Counted from the stretch's first letter, positions 10,030 to 22,723 are shown. The stretch is 64,000 bases of DNA from Epithemia pelagica (GCA_946965045.2 OX337228.1:2232001-2296000), one strand, 5' to 3'. A program made the numbers and translations. The notes: generated by a model not told the origin, from the sequence alone.

Positions 10030-11067
10030 CTATTCCTCATCGTCGTGTTCGTTTCGCACAATGGGTTTCAAATTTGGATCATGGAAAGAGCAACACGACT
10101 CGCCTTCGCCCTCATCTCCCCCCTCCTCGAGACCTTTTGTGCATGTCGTTGCAACCATGCGTTGGTTAGCTTTCAAACTTTGTCTTTCCCCCTTTGAGCA
10201 TGCAGCATTCAACAGTACCCATGCATCTTGCTCCTTCTCAATCCATTCATACAAAAATTCTTCAAAAAGCTTTACGTAGGCCTCGTCACCCAGTCCCGCG
10301 TTGGTCCGAACCCATTCCAAAGCCGCAAAAGGAACCATAGTGGATGGTTTGAGCTTCTTTTTCGCTTTCAGATCGGCGAGGTCGTGTAGTGGAAGAAAGA
10401 TCAAGCTGTCACTGTGGATTCTATTTCGGTCCATGTAACGAGCTGCAACACCCTTTCGTCCTTGGGATATCTGGGATGTGATTTCGGAAGTTTCAAATTT
10501 GATAAAGCCATCATGGTGTCCATTCGCAAGCAAACACCACAGAAGGAGGTCATCCTTCTTCTTCTTAGAAGAAGTCCCTGGGCTACCTCTATACTGCTCT
10601 TTGAATCCCTCACCACACAATTCATTCATACTATGATTTCTCATTTGACGCCCGAAATCAGCATGCTCCCAGGCATGAAGGTATATCTTTTGCTTGTATT
10701 TTCCAGGGTAAGTTCCAATTTGTCGTAACTCAGCCACGTGTTTGACTGCTTCTCGAGCCGCCCTGTTGCCAGGTCGAGCGATTGAGTACGCCTGAAAGAA
10801 CAAAGGCAAGCTCTTGCGCACTTGAAGTTTACTTGGATAGATTGTCATGAGGCTTCGATCGACGAGCCGTGGTTTGCTGCCAAACAACAGTTTGACAACA
10901 AGATCAGGAGCATAGAAATACAGCAACAGCCCTCCCACAGTCACTAAGATCCACATAGTCTTTAGATACTTGAGGATCTGATCTTTCAAAGCCCCGTCAG
11001 CAAAAGCACCGAGAGTTTCCTCCTGTTCTTTTTCCATATCCCTCTGGGCTCTCATCTGACGCAACAT
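10030..11067 (-). CDS. Uncharacterised single-pass membrane protein, 345 aa
   Basis: ATG-initiated long ORF with one hydrophobic segment (MWILVTVGGLLLYFYAP). No family recognised. Confidence 0.7.
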   Translation of the reverse strand: MLRQMRAQRDMEKEQEETLGAFADGALKDQILKYLKTMWILVTVGGLLLYFYAPDLVVKLLFGSKPRLVDRSLMTIYPSKLQVRKSLPLFFQAYSIARPGNRAAREAVKHVAELRQIGTYPGKYKQKIYLHAWEHADFGRQMRNHSMNELCGEGFKEQYRGSPGTSSKKKKDDLLLWCLLANGHHDGFIKFETSEITSQISQGRKGVAARYMDRNRIHSDSLIFLPLHDLADLKAKKKLKPSTMVPFAALEWVRTNAGLGDEAYVKLFEEFLYEWIEKEQDAWVLLNAACSKGERQSLKANQRMVATTCTKGLEEGGDEGEGESCCSFHDPNLKPIVRNEHDDEE

Positions 11068-11431
11068 GCGTTGGTGTTTGGATATGGGTTTCTTCTTTTT
11101 CGTGCTCTTGTTCGGAGGCCCCGCATCTTTCCCAGGGAGCTGGAATCGTATACACGCGTCGTCGGATCACACGATCGCCCTCCTTGATTGTCTCCCAGCC
11201 CGTGTCGTTATCTGCCATTTCTCAAAACGATTAGCTATATGCAAGAGGGAGGCCGATTGTGTTCGTCCTCTTTGGAACGAATCCACAGAAAATAGTGCTC
11301 CAAAGAAACTTGCATGCATATTTTGTGCGACTACGGAAGATCTTTGAAGAACTCCAAATTCCAAATGCCAAACCCGCGGCAAGAGTCAATCGAATCCCTC
11401 AATATCAAGATACCTCGTTGTTCCATCCAAT

Positions 11432-12235
11432 ATGATGAGATTATGGCGCTATGCAGCTTTCGGCTCCTTGCTAATGGAAGTTGTGGGCGGCTTTCTATTG
11501 AATCCGGTTCCCAATAGTAGTATATCGTGGCGGAAAGATGTGCTGGAGAACGCAAGTCCCCGTTGCTCGTCCCAGCTGTACCGCTCCAAGAAGCCAAGCA
11601 CCGAGAAGGGGGAAGAAGATGATAAGGCACTTCCGGACGGTTCTGTTCGCTTCCTTGGTCGTGGGGAGGATGCGATTGTAAGACCTGGATGTGTCTTGGT
11701 TGCTCCGTCCAATGAGTTTCACCATTTTTATCGCCGATCGGCCATTTTCATTTATGGCATGGGCGAAGATCCAGATGAGGAAAATGTTTATGTAATTCGA
11801 GGTCTGATTATTGATCACCCAACTCCTTTCACTCTTGCCGAAATGATGGAACAAAATCCTGTTGTACCGAACAATCCTTTGGGGACCAATTTCTTGTTTC
11901 GAGGGGGCGACAAGGGGCAGGAGGGAGTCATTTTGTTACACGACCAGGACGATATGGGCCAAAATGAGATTGGTTTATCTGGTATCTATGAAGGCGGGTG
12001 GCAGATCGCATTGGACAGCTGTGCCGAAGGATCAAAAGACACAAAGAATTTCAAGGCATTCTTCAACTACTGTGAATTCACGGAGGATGAGCTTGAGGAT
12101 CTGCTAAGTTCCGCTGAAGATGGAGACTCGTGGGCCTCGGTGGAAGTCCAACCAAGTGTCATTTTAGATCCAGATTGGGATCGAGGGGATGCCTGGAGTA
12201 GGCTGAGAAACACCCTGCAGAAAATGAATGTATAA
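11432..12235 (+). CDS. DUF179 / YqgE-AlgH family protein, possibly plastid-targeted
   Basis: GCVLVAP, RRSAIFI, GLIIDHPT and LFRGG motifs. N-terminal signal-like peptide followed by G-F-L suggests a bipartite presequence (inference). Confidence 0.75.
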   Translation: MMRLWRYAAFGSLLMEVVGGFLLNPVPNSSISWRKDVLENASPRCSSQLYRSKKPSTEKGEEDDKALPDGSVRFLGRGEDAIVRPGCVLVAPSNEFHHFYRRSAIFIYGMGEDPDEENVYVIRGLIIDHPTPFTLAEMMEQNPVVPNNPLGTNFLFRGGDKGQEGVILLHDQDDMGQNEIGLSGIYEGGWQIALDSCAEGSKDTKNFKAFFNYCEFTEDELEDLLSSAEDGDSWASVEVQPSVILDPDWDRGDAWSRLRNTLQKMNV

Positions 12236-12409
12236 GCGTATGATATGTTGTATGCACCATTTTGTAGGATGATGATATACCATGATGACGAGCAAGCGAA
12301 GAACCTGGGGGCTATGCTATGACACGATCATTTAGTTTAGTTTGTAACAGAGGCGGAACAACATTCACCTCCATACTTCCCCTTCTCAGAAACAAGCTTC
12401 ATCTACACA

Positions 12410-14534
12410 TTATTGTGGAGGTTTCTCTTGAGATTTTTCTGGCGTGTTTGCAACATCTTCCCCTGCCGGCTTTGCATCGGAGCTCCCAGCCGAACGTCCC
12501 TTACTTTCTTCTGCCTCGGCAGGATCTCGTCCTTCCTCATCACCGAGCTGTTGTTGTTGTTGCTGCTGTTGCTGCTCCATCAGTTTCTTATTCTTTTCTT
12601 CCGCATACTTATCAAGGCTGTTGGCGGGTCTGTGCTTCTTGATATGGGCCTTTCCAGGGAGTTCCAAGCCACGTTTCCTTGCGGTCTGAACATAAGACTT
12701 GTAGTAGCACCGAATTCGATCTCGGATAGCCACAAAATTGAAATCATCTGGATCAAACGTATAGTTGTGTTGTTCCGCAACGGCAAGGAGCTGTTCGGTC
12801 AACCAGTTGTTATATTGCTTTTGTTCAGCTGTGTAGTTCTTGGACGAATGTTCCAAATAATCATCGCGATTGGCGATCAAAAACCGTTCCAACTAAAAGC
12901 AGAAACAACAATGGTTGAGATATCCTGATAGAAAGAAAGATGTGTCCAGATCCCAGCAGGATTGTGCTTACCTCAGGATAGTGTTTCCAAGAAAACTTCC
13001 GTCGCAACACTGTCTTTTCCTCGATATGAGGCTGTTGCACGTACGTGTACGGAGCAGCATGGTAAGGATCACCTGGTCTAGGCGGTTGTGGAGGAGGAGG
13101 TACACCACCATACATGAAACGAGAAGAATACGGTTGCCCAGGCGGCGGGGGCCTGGACATGGATGGACCAGGTGGAGGCGGACTTGATGGCCATTCCTGT
13201 GAAGGAGGTCCAAAGGAGCCATGTCCCGGAGGTGGAGGACCAAAATAGCGACGAGCAGGCTGCAAAGAGCTGGAGTCATGAGAAATTCCGCTTTCGTGAG
13301 AGTCAAAAGAATGACGCTCAACCACGGCTGGATGAGACTGCGGTGGCCCAAACTCTGGGTCAACACCCCTTGGCCAACCTGGTGGTACAGGACCGCCTCG
13401 ACCAGGAGGAGGATATGGCTGATATGCCGCGTTCCGGCCTGGAGGTGGGGCGTTGTAGTGGTAAGGCGGTGGAGCTCCACGTGGGTCTTCGCCATAAGGC
13501 GGGTAATAAGGTGGCATAGGAGTCACAGCCTTGGGTCCTTTCACTGGAGGGGGCACGCTGCGCGGTGGTGGTGGTACCTCTGGAAAAGATGGATGCACAT
13601 GTACTTCAGATTTCCGCTTGTTCGATGAAGTGTTATCTGTGGTGGGTGTGATGACTGGGCTTGTTCGAGTAGTACGTCGGAGCGGGGATGTCGGTGGTAC
13701 CGACGACACATGACTACCAGAATCTGATTTTTTCGACTTTTGCCCTGGCTTCGTTTCCATATCTGAGCTGACCTTTGCCAACAAGGCGAGTGGGTCACCG
13801 CCCTTGTCTTCCTCATCACCTTCATTGTCTTCCCTGGAATGCGTCCTGTCAAACTCAGGTTCGTCGTCTTCTCGGTCCAAATCACTAGGTTTCTTCTGGG
13901 TCTCCGGGGAAGGTGGCTCCCATGGTGCTGGTCCGGCATTCCTGGGGATTGGAGGCAGATGCTGTCGGTGAAGTGGCATCACAAGTCGAGAAGTGCGTGG
14001 GGGACCTGGGGGCAAGCTGCGACTTCTTCCAGCAAAGGGAGAGTCAGGAAAGAACGTGTTGCTCCTGCTTTCTCCGTAAGCCCGATGATGCGAACGAGGA
14101 GTTCCTGCGTTGGAAGCCCCTCGAGCCGAATAGGGAGGTGTGCCCCGATGAATGATTTGAGAACGATGCGTGGGGGCTGGTCTCCCCCCACGGTACGGAG
14201 TCGATGCCATGGGCGGATGCTGACGATCGAACGGGTGAGCAGCATGAGGGTGGTGCGGCGGTGCCCCGTGTGTAGGGCTCATCGATCGCGAATGAGGGAC
14301 ATCGTGATAGAAGAAGTCAGAGTCGCTCCGTGACACCATTGGGCTGTGGTGGGGATGACTTGAATGAGGCGGGCCGGATGGGGGGACACCGCTGCTGCCT
14401 CTCGGAGTGCCATAGTATGGGCCAGGGTAGGACGGAGGAGCATGGGCATCAGGGCTTCCATAATAGGGATCATAGGAACTTGAATAGGAGTGTGGTGGGC
14501 GAGACCGCCAGTCGTTTCTTCCAGTGGTGGCCAT
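12410..14534 (-). CDS. Pro-rich protein with C-terminal KFSWKHYPELE...IRDRIRCYYKS domain (paralog 1), 2 exons
   Basis: Exons 14534-12972 and 12892-12410; GTAAGC...TTTAG intron 12971-12893 (79 nt) joins YPE|LERFL in frame; 682 codons. Confidence 0.88.
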
Positions 14535-16665
14535 GGCGTCAATTCAATCGTTCGAAGGTGCGCAACCTCACAAAAATGGCTGTTCACCTATTAACACGGG
14601 TCCTTTCGACCGATTGCAGCTGTGAATCAACTCGAGCTGCCGAAATAATGGCTTCAATGCAATGAACAGCAACAATAGTCAGCTTTGCTTGACTTTGTAA
14701 CAACGTTTCCGTTTCACTAACGTTCCGCTCAGTCGTTGTCCTTTGTCCTTTTCCTTCGTCGTGGCAGGAACAAGAGAAAACCCGATCCCACCTTCATAGA
14801 CATGATTGATATCCGTTGACAAGCATGAGTACCACGCGCAACCTAGCAGTCCAACGAACAGAAATGCCACATATCACGGAAAAGATTTGGAGATCATGTC
14901 GCTTGGATTTGGGACATCTTTATTAGATCTTCAGGTTCGTATATATTTCCAACACTATTTGGTACTCGCGCCATCCCCTAGTCTGCCACAATCTATACAG
15001 TTCATCACCTATGCTGTCTATTGTAGTGTACCAAGGTTGTTCGTGGAAGGAGGTGGAGGAGAGGTGGAAGTTTTCCCCTCGATATCGGAATGGACGTTCC
15101 GCGCCGGGTCCAAGACCCCAACTCTCAGCGGGTCAATCACTTCGTATCCCGGAAAATTAAAATTTCAAAGCTACAACTATCGAATATAATATACTTTGTC
15201 CTTCGAGGTTTGAAAGATCAAAATCACGCGCCATACACCAACGCTTGGGATGTCACTGATTGTTGCCGACCAACACCAATCGATCGGTCTCCCGTCGGTG
15301 CTTGGGTTGGCTACCATCGCAGAAGATGCACGTAAGCGTAAAGAGACTATCATGCGCTCTCTCTAGCTAGAGAACCTCTACCTAGACTCCGAAAACGGTA
15401 GAGGGTAGAGGGTAAAGCACTCTCATTTGCCCGTGGTGCTTTAGACGCAAAAGAAACACTTCCAATATTACACCAAACACCAAACTCCATGCACCAGCGC
15501 TTTCACTTTCACGTCCGCGTAGTTGTGAAATTGATCACATAAGGCTTCATTTTAATGTTGATCGCATTGCAGTGAACAGTGAACGATGAACTTGGAACGT
15601 GCTTGTCACGACACACAAGATTCAACGGTACCAAGTACCAAGGTCTTTTAGTTTTTGTAGCCACGGGTTTCATATTTTGATCGCCAAATTCGTTGGCGTA
15701 TCATAGATACCCCACGGGGACGGGACGAGAGACCATTTACACCTCTCGGCGCTCGGAAGACTGTGAGCTAGAGGAGTAGCTAAGGAATGCTCTAGTACGC
15801 AATGAACCTTCAATGATGCAGGCAGCTCGATACGACATGAGGAATAACAAAGAACCGGCCGTCCCTAGCAGCATTATTTGAACTTACTCCTAGATAGTGC
15901 CTACCTAGTGCCTCTCTAGAGAAATGGGGCGGAAGCTTGTGGTTGTGGCTTGTGGCGGGTGGCTACCATGGAAATACACTCCCGATTCCCGATTCCCGAT
16001 CCTGATGGGGGTAAATACAGCTGGTGCTCTGCTCTCCAGCGGTCTATTTCCTTCAAAGTACAATCCTTTTTATAGTAATTATATGCTGCTGAGAAAAGTG
16101 GATGTATCTGTACTGACTGTCTGTTGTCGTTCTGGACAGACGGAGGTCAAGGCGACAGACGAGGACGCACCTCGGCAAAACAAGGCAACTCCGCATTCCC
16201 ACGGACGGTCCGTTTTGGATACCCAGAGGCAACATCGAAGAAGAGCCTTCCCGCTTGAATCGGGGAAGCCAAAACATCGAAAGGCCTTTTCGCCTGATCA
16301 CATTGGTTCGACGTCTTCCCTGTGTCCCTTCCTTTTTAGAGACAAGGTAATTGGCAGCATTTCCGCGTATTGCTCGATTGACACCGGCAGAGGCCACCTG
16401 ATGACTGGTATGGAGTTGGGACTCCACAGTACTCTTCAGCTTCTGTCGAGACCGAACCGTCGCTGACGCTCATACTAGTGTCTTGATTGAGACGTATCGG
16501 AGGCTTCCTTTTGCTGTTATCTTTGTCGCATGATTCTTGTAGCCCCCAGAGCAAACTCATTTCCCGTTGCTTCTCTTCATTTTTCCGTTTCACTTTATTG
16601 TCATGGTTCAACACATGCCGTTTTACTTATACTGTGCGCCCTGCGCAGAGCCGCAACCAGAGATT

Positions 16666-18620
16666 ATGACTTCGACTTCTCTCGAGGCTTCTGACTCCAG
16701 AGAGAATGAGAATGGAGATACACGTATCGCGGAAGAGTATGGGCCCAAAATTGGAAGAAAGGGGGACCCTCGCATGGTATGTGAAATGCGGACGCGCAAA
16801 TTGATTGCACAAGCAAAAGTTTTTCTCAACATATGTAATTGTTTTCATGCGGTTGTTTGTCATAAACCACCTAGCATCGGTAAGTCATCGTCAAGTCGAG
16901 CCAAGATAGCGTGAAAGGATTCATAGGGTTGGTCATTCTAATTATTTGCTTTATTTGTAGAGCTGTTGCTGCTCGTCTTGCAGATCCTGAGCTCTCACTA
17001 TTTGAGGCGTTGAAGGTTGGAGGCTTTGAGTATCAAGACGATACTGAACCAACTGCCAGCGATAGTGAAAACATCACTCTTGGACAACGAAAAAACCAGC
17101 TTTCAAGACGCCTCCGTTTAGCAAAGAAAGCTGAGGGTCCGTCTATGGAAAACAACGCTGAAACTAGCTTGGATGAGTCCTCCTCCTCGACGCGAACAAA
17201 GAATGGCACTCGCAAAAGTAAACAAAGAGTTACGTCTAAGCAAACCAAACGGACCAGCCCTGAAATCATGACCACTCGCAAGCGCGATCCAGAAATGTCA
17301 TCAGAGATTCTTGGTGATACAGACTCTAAGAGTATCGAAGAGCTAAAAGATCGTCTTTCACCTGAGAATCATAAACGTCGCAGAGAAGAGCAGTCTGCAT
17401 TAGCTGCGAAGTACCATCCAGACTTCCGCCATATTATCATTCCACGGGGAGCCGGTGGTTTGTCATTCTCAGAGTCAAGTCAACCGCGTGAGTTAGATCG
17501 AGTAAAGGATAAGAACAAGTCATGGGTTGAGGATCAACTCATATCAAATGGATTCTCTGACCTTAGACACGGTCAGAAGCCTCGCTCTTCAATGCCACCT
17601 CCGTCAATCTCTAACGTTGCGATACGAAGCTTGAACGCCACTGCAAAGTCTGTTGGAATAACACTCGAGCAACTGGCCCTTGCTCTTTCCACTAGTAAAA
17701 ACTTGATGCAAATTCTTTCAGGAGCAAATTCCGAAGAATGTGATGAAGACACGACGAAGAAGCAAGAGCTTGCTCTTCGTTTGCATGAATACGAGACCAA
17801 AACGCTTTATTCAAGATGCATGTTGCTGTCTGGGTATGGGCACGAAGAAGCAAGTGAAGGAAACCAGGTTCAACTAAGATTTGCGCTCGAAGCCTGGCAG
17901 AAAGAAGGCAAGCGGCTACAAGAATTAATCCGTAACAGCACGGATGTGATCTGTGATGAAGCACCCACGGGGCAATATCAGAACCCAGTCAACACAATGC
18001 ATAGTATTGAAGCGGCACGTCTTGTATCCTCTCATTCTAACGATCACGGAGGTGATTCTTCTCAGTCAACTCAGACTCATTTGCATCGCTCTATCTCAGA
18101 CTCGTCTGGACGTCACATACATAAATTAGAAGGAAAGTGTGGACATCGAGCTATACTTCATCAACCAAAAGGAGGGACACCTCACATCGATTTCGTTGTC
18201 GGCGACAAAGTCGAGTGCTATGGTGACGTGCGACCTTCACCGGATGCCCCAAACAACCATTGGCCTAGCCAATACCGATGCGACGAACTTGATTGTACGA
18301 CCGCAGACCTGTGTTCTAAAGCTCGTGCAGAAGACCCTGAGAGCTCATCCGGTGGAGATGGGATAAGATCAAATAAGGCCAAGGTACTCGACTTGAGCAG
18401 TGTCGATTTGACCACGCCAGAGTGGTCGCTGGACTTCAATGACGATGTTCTGATGGGCTTGTTCCGACTGGGTGACAAAGGTTCCGACAAAAGCTCAGAC
18501 CAGTCTCGAAGTTCAGAGCCGCAACTTGAACCGCAATTACCGGAGATTGTCACGGATGATAGCCAGTCGGGAGATACTAAGAACAGTGTGTCTATGACGC
18601 AGGACATGTTCAAGATATAG
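16666..18620 (+). CDS. Uncharacterised GRKGDPRMHRAVAARL-motif protein, 3 exons including a 5-nt micro-exon
   Basis: Exons 16666-16776, 16875-16879 and 16961-18620 total 1,776 nt, in frame. Both introns are GT-AG. Confidence 0.8.
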
Positions 18621-18842
18621 AATGCTTGTTCAAGTAATTGTCTGCTCGCAGCGTTGGGAACGATGCAAACATTGTAAGGTACCAGTGACTATGCATAGGT
18701 CTTAGATTTTTCTCGCCCCTTGGGACTAACTTTTTTTCTAAAATAGAAGAAGTGAACTTCATGCACTATTAAACAGTGTTTCACAAGAAGAGAAACATTC
18801 GACAATGGGAACAAAGGTAGCTACGAAGGCATTCAAAATAAC

Positions 18843-20630
18843 CTACGGTGCCTTGGTTTCTCTCTTTTTTCGTAGGTGAGCTGGTAGAAGGGATAGGACG
18901 TCCTTGTCCAATCTAGCCTTCTTTCCTCTATCTTTTGGAGAATCCTCTTCACCATGATCGACGCCACCGGAAAAATCCTCCATTATGGGATACGTGTCAA
19001 CGACTGGGCAGTGTCCGTCGTCAACGTTGGTGTGCTCATGATCAACAAGATAAGGGGCATTCTCCATATCAGGATTTACATCGCTTGGTTCATCCACTGG
19101 ATAGGGAACATCGGCCATATCACCTTCGTGCGTAGGATATGGTTCATCCACGGGATAAGGAACATTGGCCATATCTCCTTCGTGCAAAGGATATTGATCG
19201 CGGTCATCATTTTCATACACACAGAAGCCTTCCACGGGATAAGGCACACTGTACATATCTTCCAAGACTTCGTTAGGCGCATTTGGTCCATCGCTTGGGT
19301 TTTCGCTTCTTGGTTGTACATACGGGCCACCTTGAGAACGTCCGGCGTCATCTTCAGTTGTATGTCCAGAAACAGCTCCACCAGAATCTTTTCTTTCCTC
19401 ATTGCAGTCAACGTAACGGGAGAATGGAGGTGCCAACGCCTCCTCCACTGAAGATGAATTAAAATCCCGATTCACTGAAGGTTTGTCTTCATGATTGACT
19501 GTCAATGTTTCCTCTTTCACATTCGATTGGTCTTCGTCAACGGAGTTCAGGACATGTTCGGCCCGAAGGGCGGCAATGCGATCCTGAACCGTCAAGGGTC
19601 TTCGCATTTCTGTACATGTCTGTGGGACAGGCTTCTTTTTGACCACACTGCCTCTGTGTAACGAAGTATTTTCTAAACTAGTCCACGCGCCTGATGGTGA
19701 GCGTCGAACTAGTTGGCTGGGTAAGAAAAAGCCCGCAACAATCCATTCTTTCATTTGAAAAAGAGGGAAAGGACCTTGAACGATACCAGCCTGGTCCCGA
19801 TATTGCCATTGCTCCTCCGTAGAGGTCCGCTCCGTCTGACATTCCGCAAGGTTCTCCAAACGCTGCTGGGTTGCAGTTTGTCTGTCCTGGAAATCAATGT
19901 CGTCATCGTCGGCCCAAATATCTGCTGCGAGGTTTTGCCTGCCGTATCGTTTCGGCCGATTCACGGATAGCAATGAATCGGATGCCCTCTTTTGCTTAGA
20001 ACCAGTTCTGATCATTCTTTCTTTATCAGAAATAGCCAAGTTCTGGCTGACGTTTGGAGTTTGTCCATTCGATTCATGGTTGCTTCCTTTAGAAGTTCTC
20101 CTGTTCTTGTTATCAGAGCTCAGCTTGGGTGGATTCTCTACGTATGATGGCTTCAGAGGAGGCTGTCCAGGAAGCCCGGCTTGACAGAGATCAGTTGTTG
20201 TTCCACCATTGGGAGTGTGATACAAACTAGGTTTACCTGGAGGAGGCTCACCATAAGGATTCAAAACGGCATCATAATAAACAGACAGGGACGGATTCTG
20301 CAGGGGTTTCCATGTTGATGCAGCGCTCGAACCTTTGGGAAAGTTAGCAGCCTGGGATGATTTTATTGATTGATTTGAATTTTTCTCTTGCTGCACAATC
20401 TTAAGCTCCTTCTTCAATCTATCAATCTTTGACTGAATGTTGTGGGGACGGATTTCTGCATCCTTGTGTTGTCGTTCCAAGTTTCGAATCTCATCTCGAA
20501 CGGAGGCAACTGTCTTCGTCTCTTTAACCTTGGCATCTCGAGCAGCTATGCGTTGTTCTTTGTTCTTTTGTAAATCTCGTTTACGCTTTTGTCTGTGCCA
20601 GTTGTTCAATCCACCGCCACTGCCCCCCAT
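18843..20630 (-). CDS. WBP11-like N-terminal domain plus GYF domain protein
   Basis: NNWHRQKRKRDLQKNKEQR...YYDAVLNPYGEPPPGKP resembles the WBP11 N-terminus; WQYRDQAGIVQGPFPLFQMKEWIVAGFF is a GYF domain. Confidence 0.8.
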   Translation of the reverse strand: MGGSGGGLNNWHRQKRKRDLQKNKEQRIAARDAKVKETKTVASVRDEIRNLERQHKDAEIRPHNIQSKIDRLKKELKIVQQEKNSNQSIKSSQAANFPKGSSAASTWKPLQNPSLSVYYDAVLNPYGEPPPGKPSLYHTPNGGTTTDLCQAGLPGQPPLKPSYVENPPKLSSDNKNRRTSKGSNHESNGQTPNVSQNLAISDKERMIRTGSKQKRASDSLLSVNRPKRYGRQNLAADIWADDDDIDFQDRQTATQQRLENLAECQTERTSTEEQWQYRDQAGIVQGPFPLFQMKEWIVAGFFLPSQLVRRSPSGAWTSLENTSLHRGSVVKKKPVPQTCTEMRRPLTVQDRIAALRAEHVLNSVDEDQSNVKEETLTVNHEDKPSVNRDFNSSSVEEALAPPFSRYVDCNEERKDSGGAVSGHTTEDDAGRSQGGPYVQPRSENPSDGPNAPNEVLEDMYSVPYPVEGFCVYENDDRDQYPLHEGDMANVPYPVDEPYPTHEGDMADVPYPVDEPSDVNPDMENAPYLVDHEHTNVDDGHCPVVDTYPIMEDFSGGVDHGEEDSPKDRGKKARLDKDVLSLLPAHLRKKRETKAP

Positions 20631-20830
20631 TGTGCCCAGGACTCAGAACGCTGTCTAAAAATATTAACGAATACTCTACCTAGCTAGTAGAGAGAAAAAC
20701 TAAAGAATCCAGCGGTAACATGAGTAGCGCTTGCTTCATAGCCCTGCTAGCCCCCAAACGGAAATGGCAGCTACTCCTCTAACCAAAGAGTGGAGTAACC
20801 TTAGGAGTAATAGTCTACTCCTACGAATAC

Positions 20831-21577
20831 CTACCCGTTTTTCGCTTTCCTCGTCTTCTTCGAGGCTTGGACAAACGACTTGTAATAGCATCGAATACGG
20901 TCTCGAAGCGCCGCGAAGGTGAAATCCTCGAATACGTAGCCATGCGACGATGCCACCTCGAGAAGTCCCTGTGTCAGCGTGTTATTGTAGTGTTTTTGTT
21001 CCGCCGTGTAGTTCAGTTTGCTGGAGAATGTAAGGTATTCCTTTCGATGTTCTACTAAGTACCTCTCCAGTTCGGGATAGTTCTTCCACGGAAACTTTCG
21101 TTTGAGTACACCCTTGACTACTGCTCTGGACGTAGTTCCCACATGCTTGGCTGCATTGGGTCTTTTGGGAGTAGTATGAGTCGGAGAACTTGAGACGACT
21201 GCAGTAACGGCAGTCTTCCCATGTGCTAAGGTCCTTGGACTTAACGGAACTTCTGGTAATGGCAAAGTAGGTGGCATTTGGAGTTGGAGCGGTGTGGGGG
21301 AAGTGACATGTGGCATGGTAGGTGGCATTTGGAGCGGTGTGGGGGAAGGAATATCCTGGGAACATACTGAAACAGTCCTAGCACGAGAATTGGCAGAGCC
21401 GCCGATGATTTCAGGTGTCCTGGCATCGGTAACTTTTTCGCACCGACTCGAAGGATTGTCGGTTGTGAATGTGCCAGGTTCGTTCGCTTTCTTTTGGTTC
21501 ACCATGGGAATCTGTGCCTCTCTGTGAGATCGTGACTTTAGGCTAAGCAAGAGAAACGCAACATCTTGATTATCCAT
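20831..21577 (-). CDS. KFPWKNYPELE...LRDRIRCYYKS domain protein (paralog 2), intronless
   Basis: Same domain as 12410-14534 and 37640-38705. Likely ATG at 21577 (MDNQDVAFLLLSLK); earlier in-frame ATGs exist up to 21628. Confidence 0.85.
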   Translation of the reverse strand: MDNQDVAFLLLSLKSRSHREAQIPMVNQKKANEPGTFTTDNPSSRCEKVTDARTPEIIGGSANSRARTVSVCSQDIPSPTPLQMPPTMPHVTSPTPLQLQMPPTLPLPEVPLSPRTLAHGKTAVTAVVSSSPTHTTPKRPNAAKHVGTTSRAVVKGVLKRKFPWKNYPELERYLVEHRKEYLTFSSKLNYTAEQKHYNNTLTQGLLEVASSHGYVFEDFTFAALRDRIRCYYKSFVQASKKTRKAKNG

Positions 21578-21988
21578 GACATCATAAATGTTCTGCGAAT
21601 GGAGACAGCGATGCATACCAATATGCAAGGGACTTGTTTCGAAGGAGGGCTACTGGGGAAAGAAAGGATGGTGAGTTTCGCACGTCAGAGATGCGAATCG
21701 GCAAGAATCCAGAGTATAAAGGAATCGATTTTGTCTGCCATAAAAGTCTTACGTTCACTCGAGGCCCGAAGATCGAAGATATTGACGAAGCCGCCAACAA
21801 CAACACTTCTCCTCTACTGGTGGGAATTTTGAGATGGAGAAGAAATTCTTTTTGTGAGGCGAGGCGCATTCATTACATCACGCGCGTCTGGATATTCGCA
21901 CGAAAGTCGCGGTTGTCTTCCGCCACCAATCGGAAGTAGGGCATAAGTGACGTCATAGCTCAATACTTGGTCGTCCATCTCCACCAAG

Positions 21989-22723
21989 TACCCCCTCGCG
22001 GGTGTGGCTTTGAGGGTGTAATTTCGTGTAGCCACCCCCTTCCCTAAGAGCAAATAATAACCTATTTCTTGACGGTGGGCATATCTCCACCACGATAACA
22101 ACACGGGCCATGGTGTTGCACAGGTTGTTGTGCACCTATGTGGACTCTTGAAACCTGTCTTCCCAGTCATAGACCTCTAACCAATAGTGTAGAATGCATC
22201 TGCATCACCAAAGTTTAAAGGTTAAGGCTGTTATGCATCAGACTCATAGGCGCCATGCCTCGTGGCACAGGCACGGACGCGACGTCTCACAATTTCGAAC
22301 GAAGCAACTCAAAGGGACAATATGGCTCTTATCTTGCATTGTTTGAACACCTATTGATCTACAATACTCATAACAGTAGTAGTTGCGCGCTGCATTGATA
22401 GCAAAACATCAACTCTCATGTATTTTTATGCCATCATGGTCTCCTATTGTGCCTGTATTACGCGTCACTGTATTGGTCATTTCCTAGAGTGGCCCGAATC
22501 CACTGTGTCCCTCACAATGCACTGCCATGGTACCCAGATGAAGCATATGATGGTCGGATCATGATGGGGTGGCCATTGGAGGTCACCAGCAACAACAAAG
22601 TTTGATTGTCGTGTTGTTATCGTGGTGGAGGAAATGAGATATGCCTACCGTCAAGATCCAGCGAACAGAGAAGGGGGTGTTTCAACGAAATTACTCCCTC
22701 AAAAACACCCCCGCTGGGGGGTA
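21989..22723. mobile_element. Non-autonomous TIR element (MITE 1), 735 bp, 10-bp TSD, Mutator-like
   Basis: Ends TACCCCC...GGGGGGTA; ~115-bp imperfect TIRs; direct repeat ctccaccaag at 21979-21988 and 22724-22733. Confidence 0.8.

Noticed and set aside
15924-16466. 180-aa ATG ORF upstream of the micro-exon gene
   Set aside because: No recognisable motif, atypical composition, and it lies in a likely promoter region; unsupported without expression data.
16911-16960. GTG start giving an apparent signal peptide (MKGFIGLVILIICFIC)
   Set aside because: This is translated intron; the spliced model via the micro-exon explains the region better.
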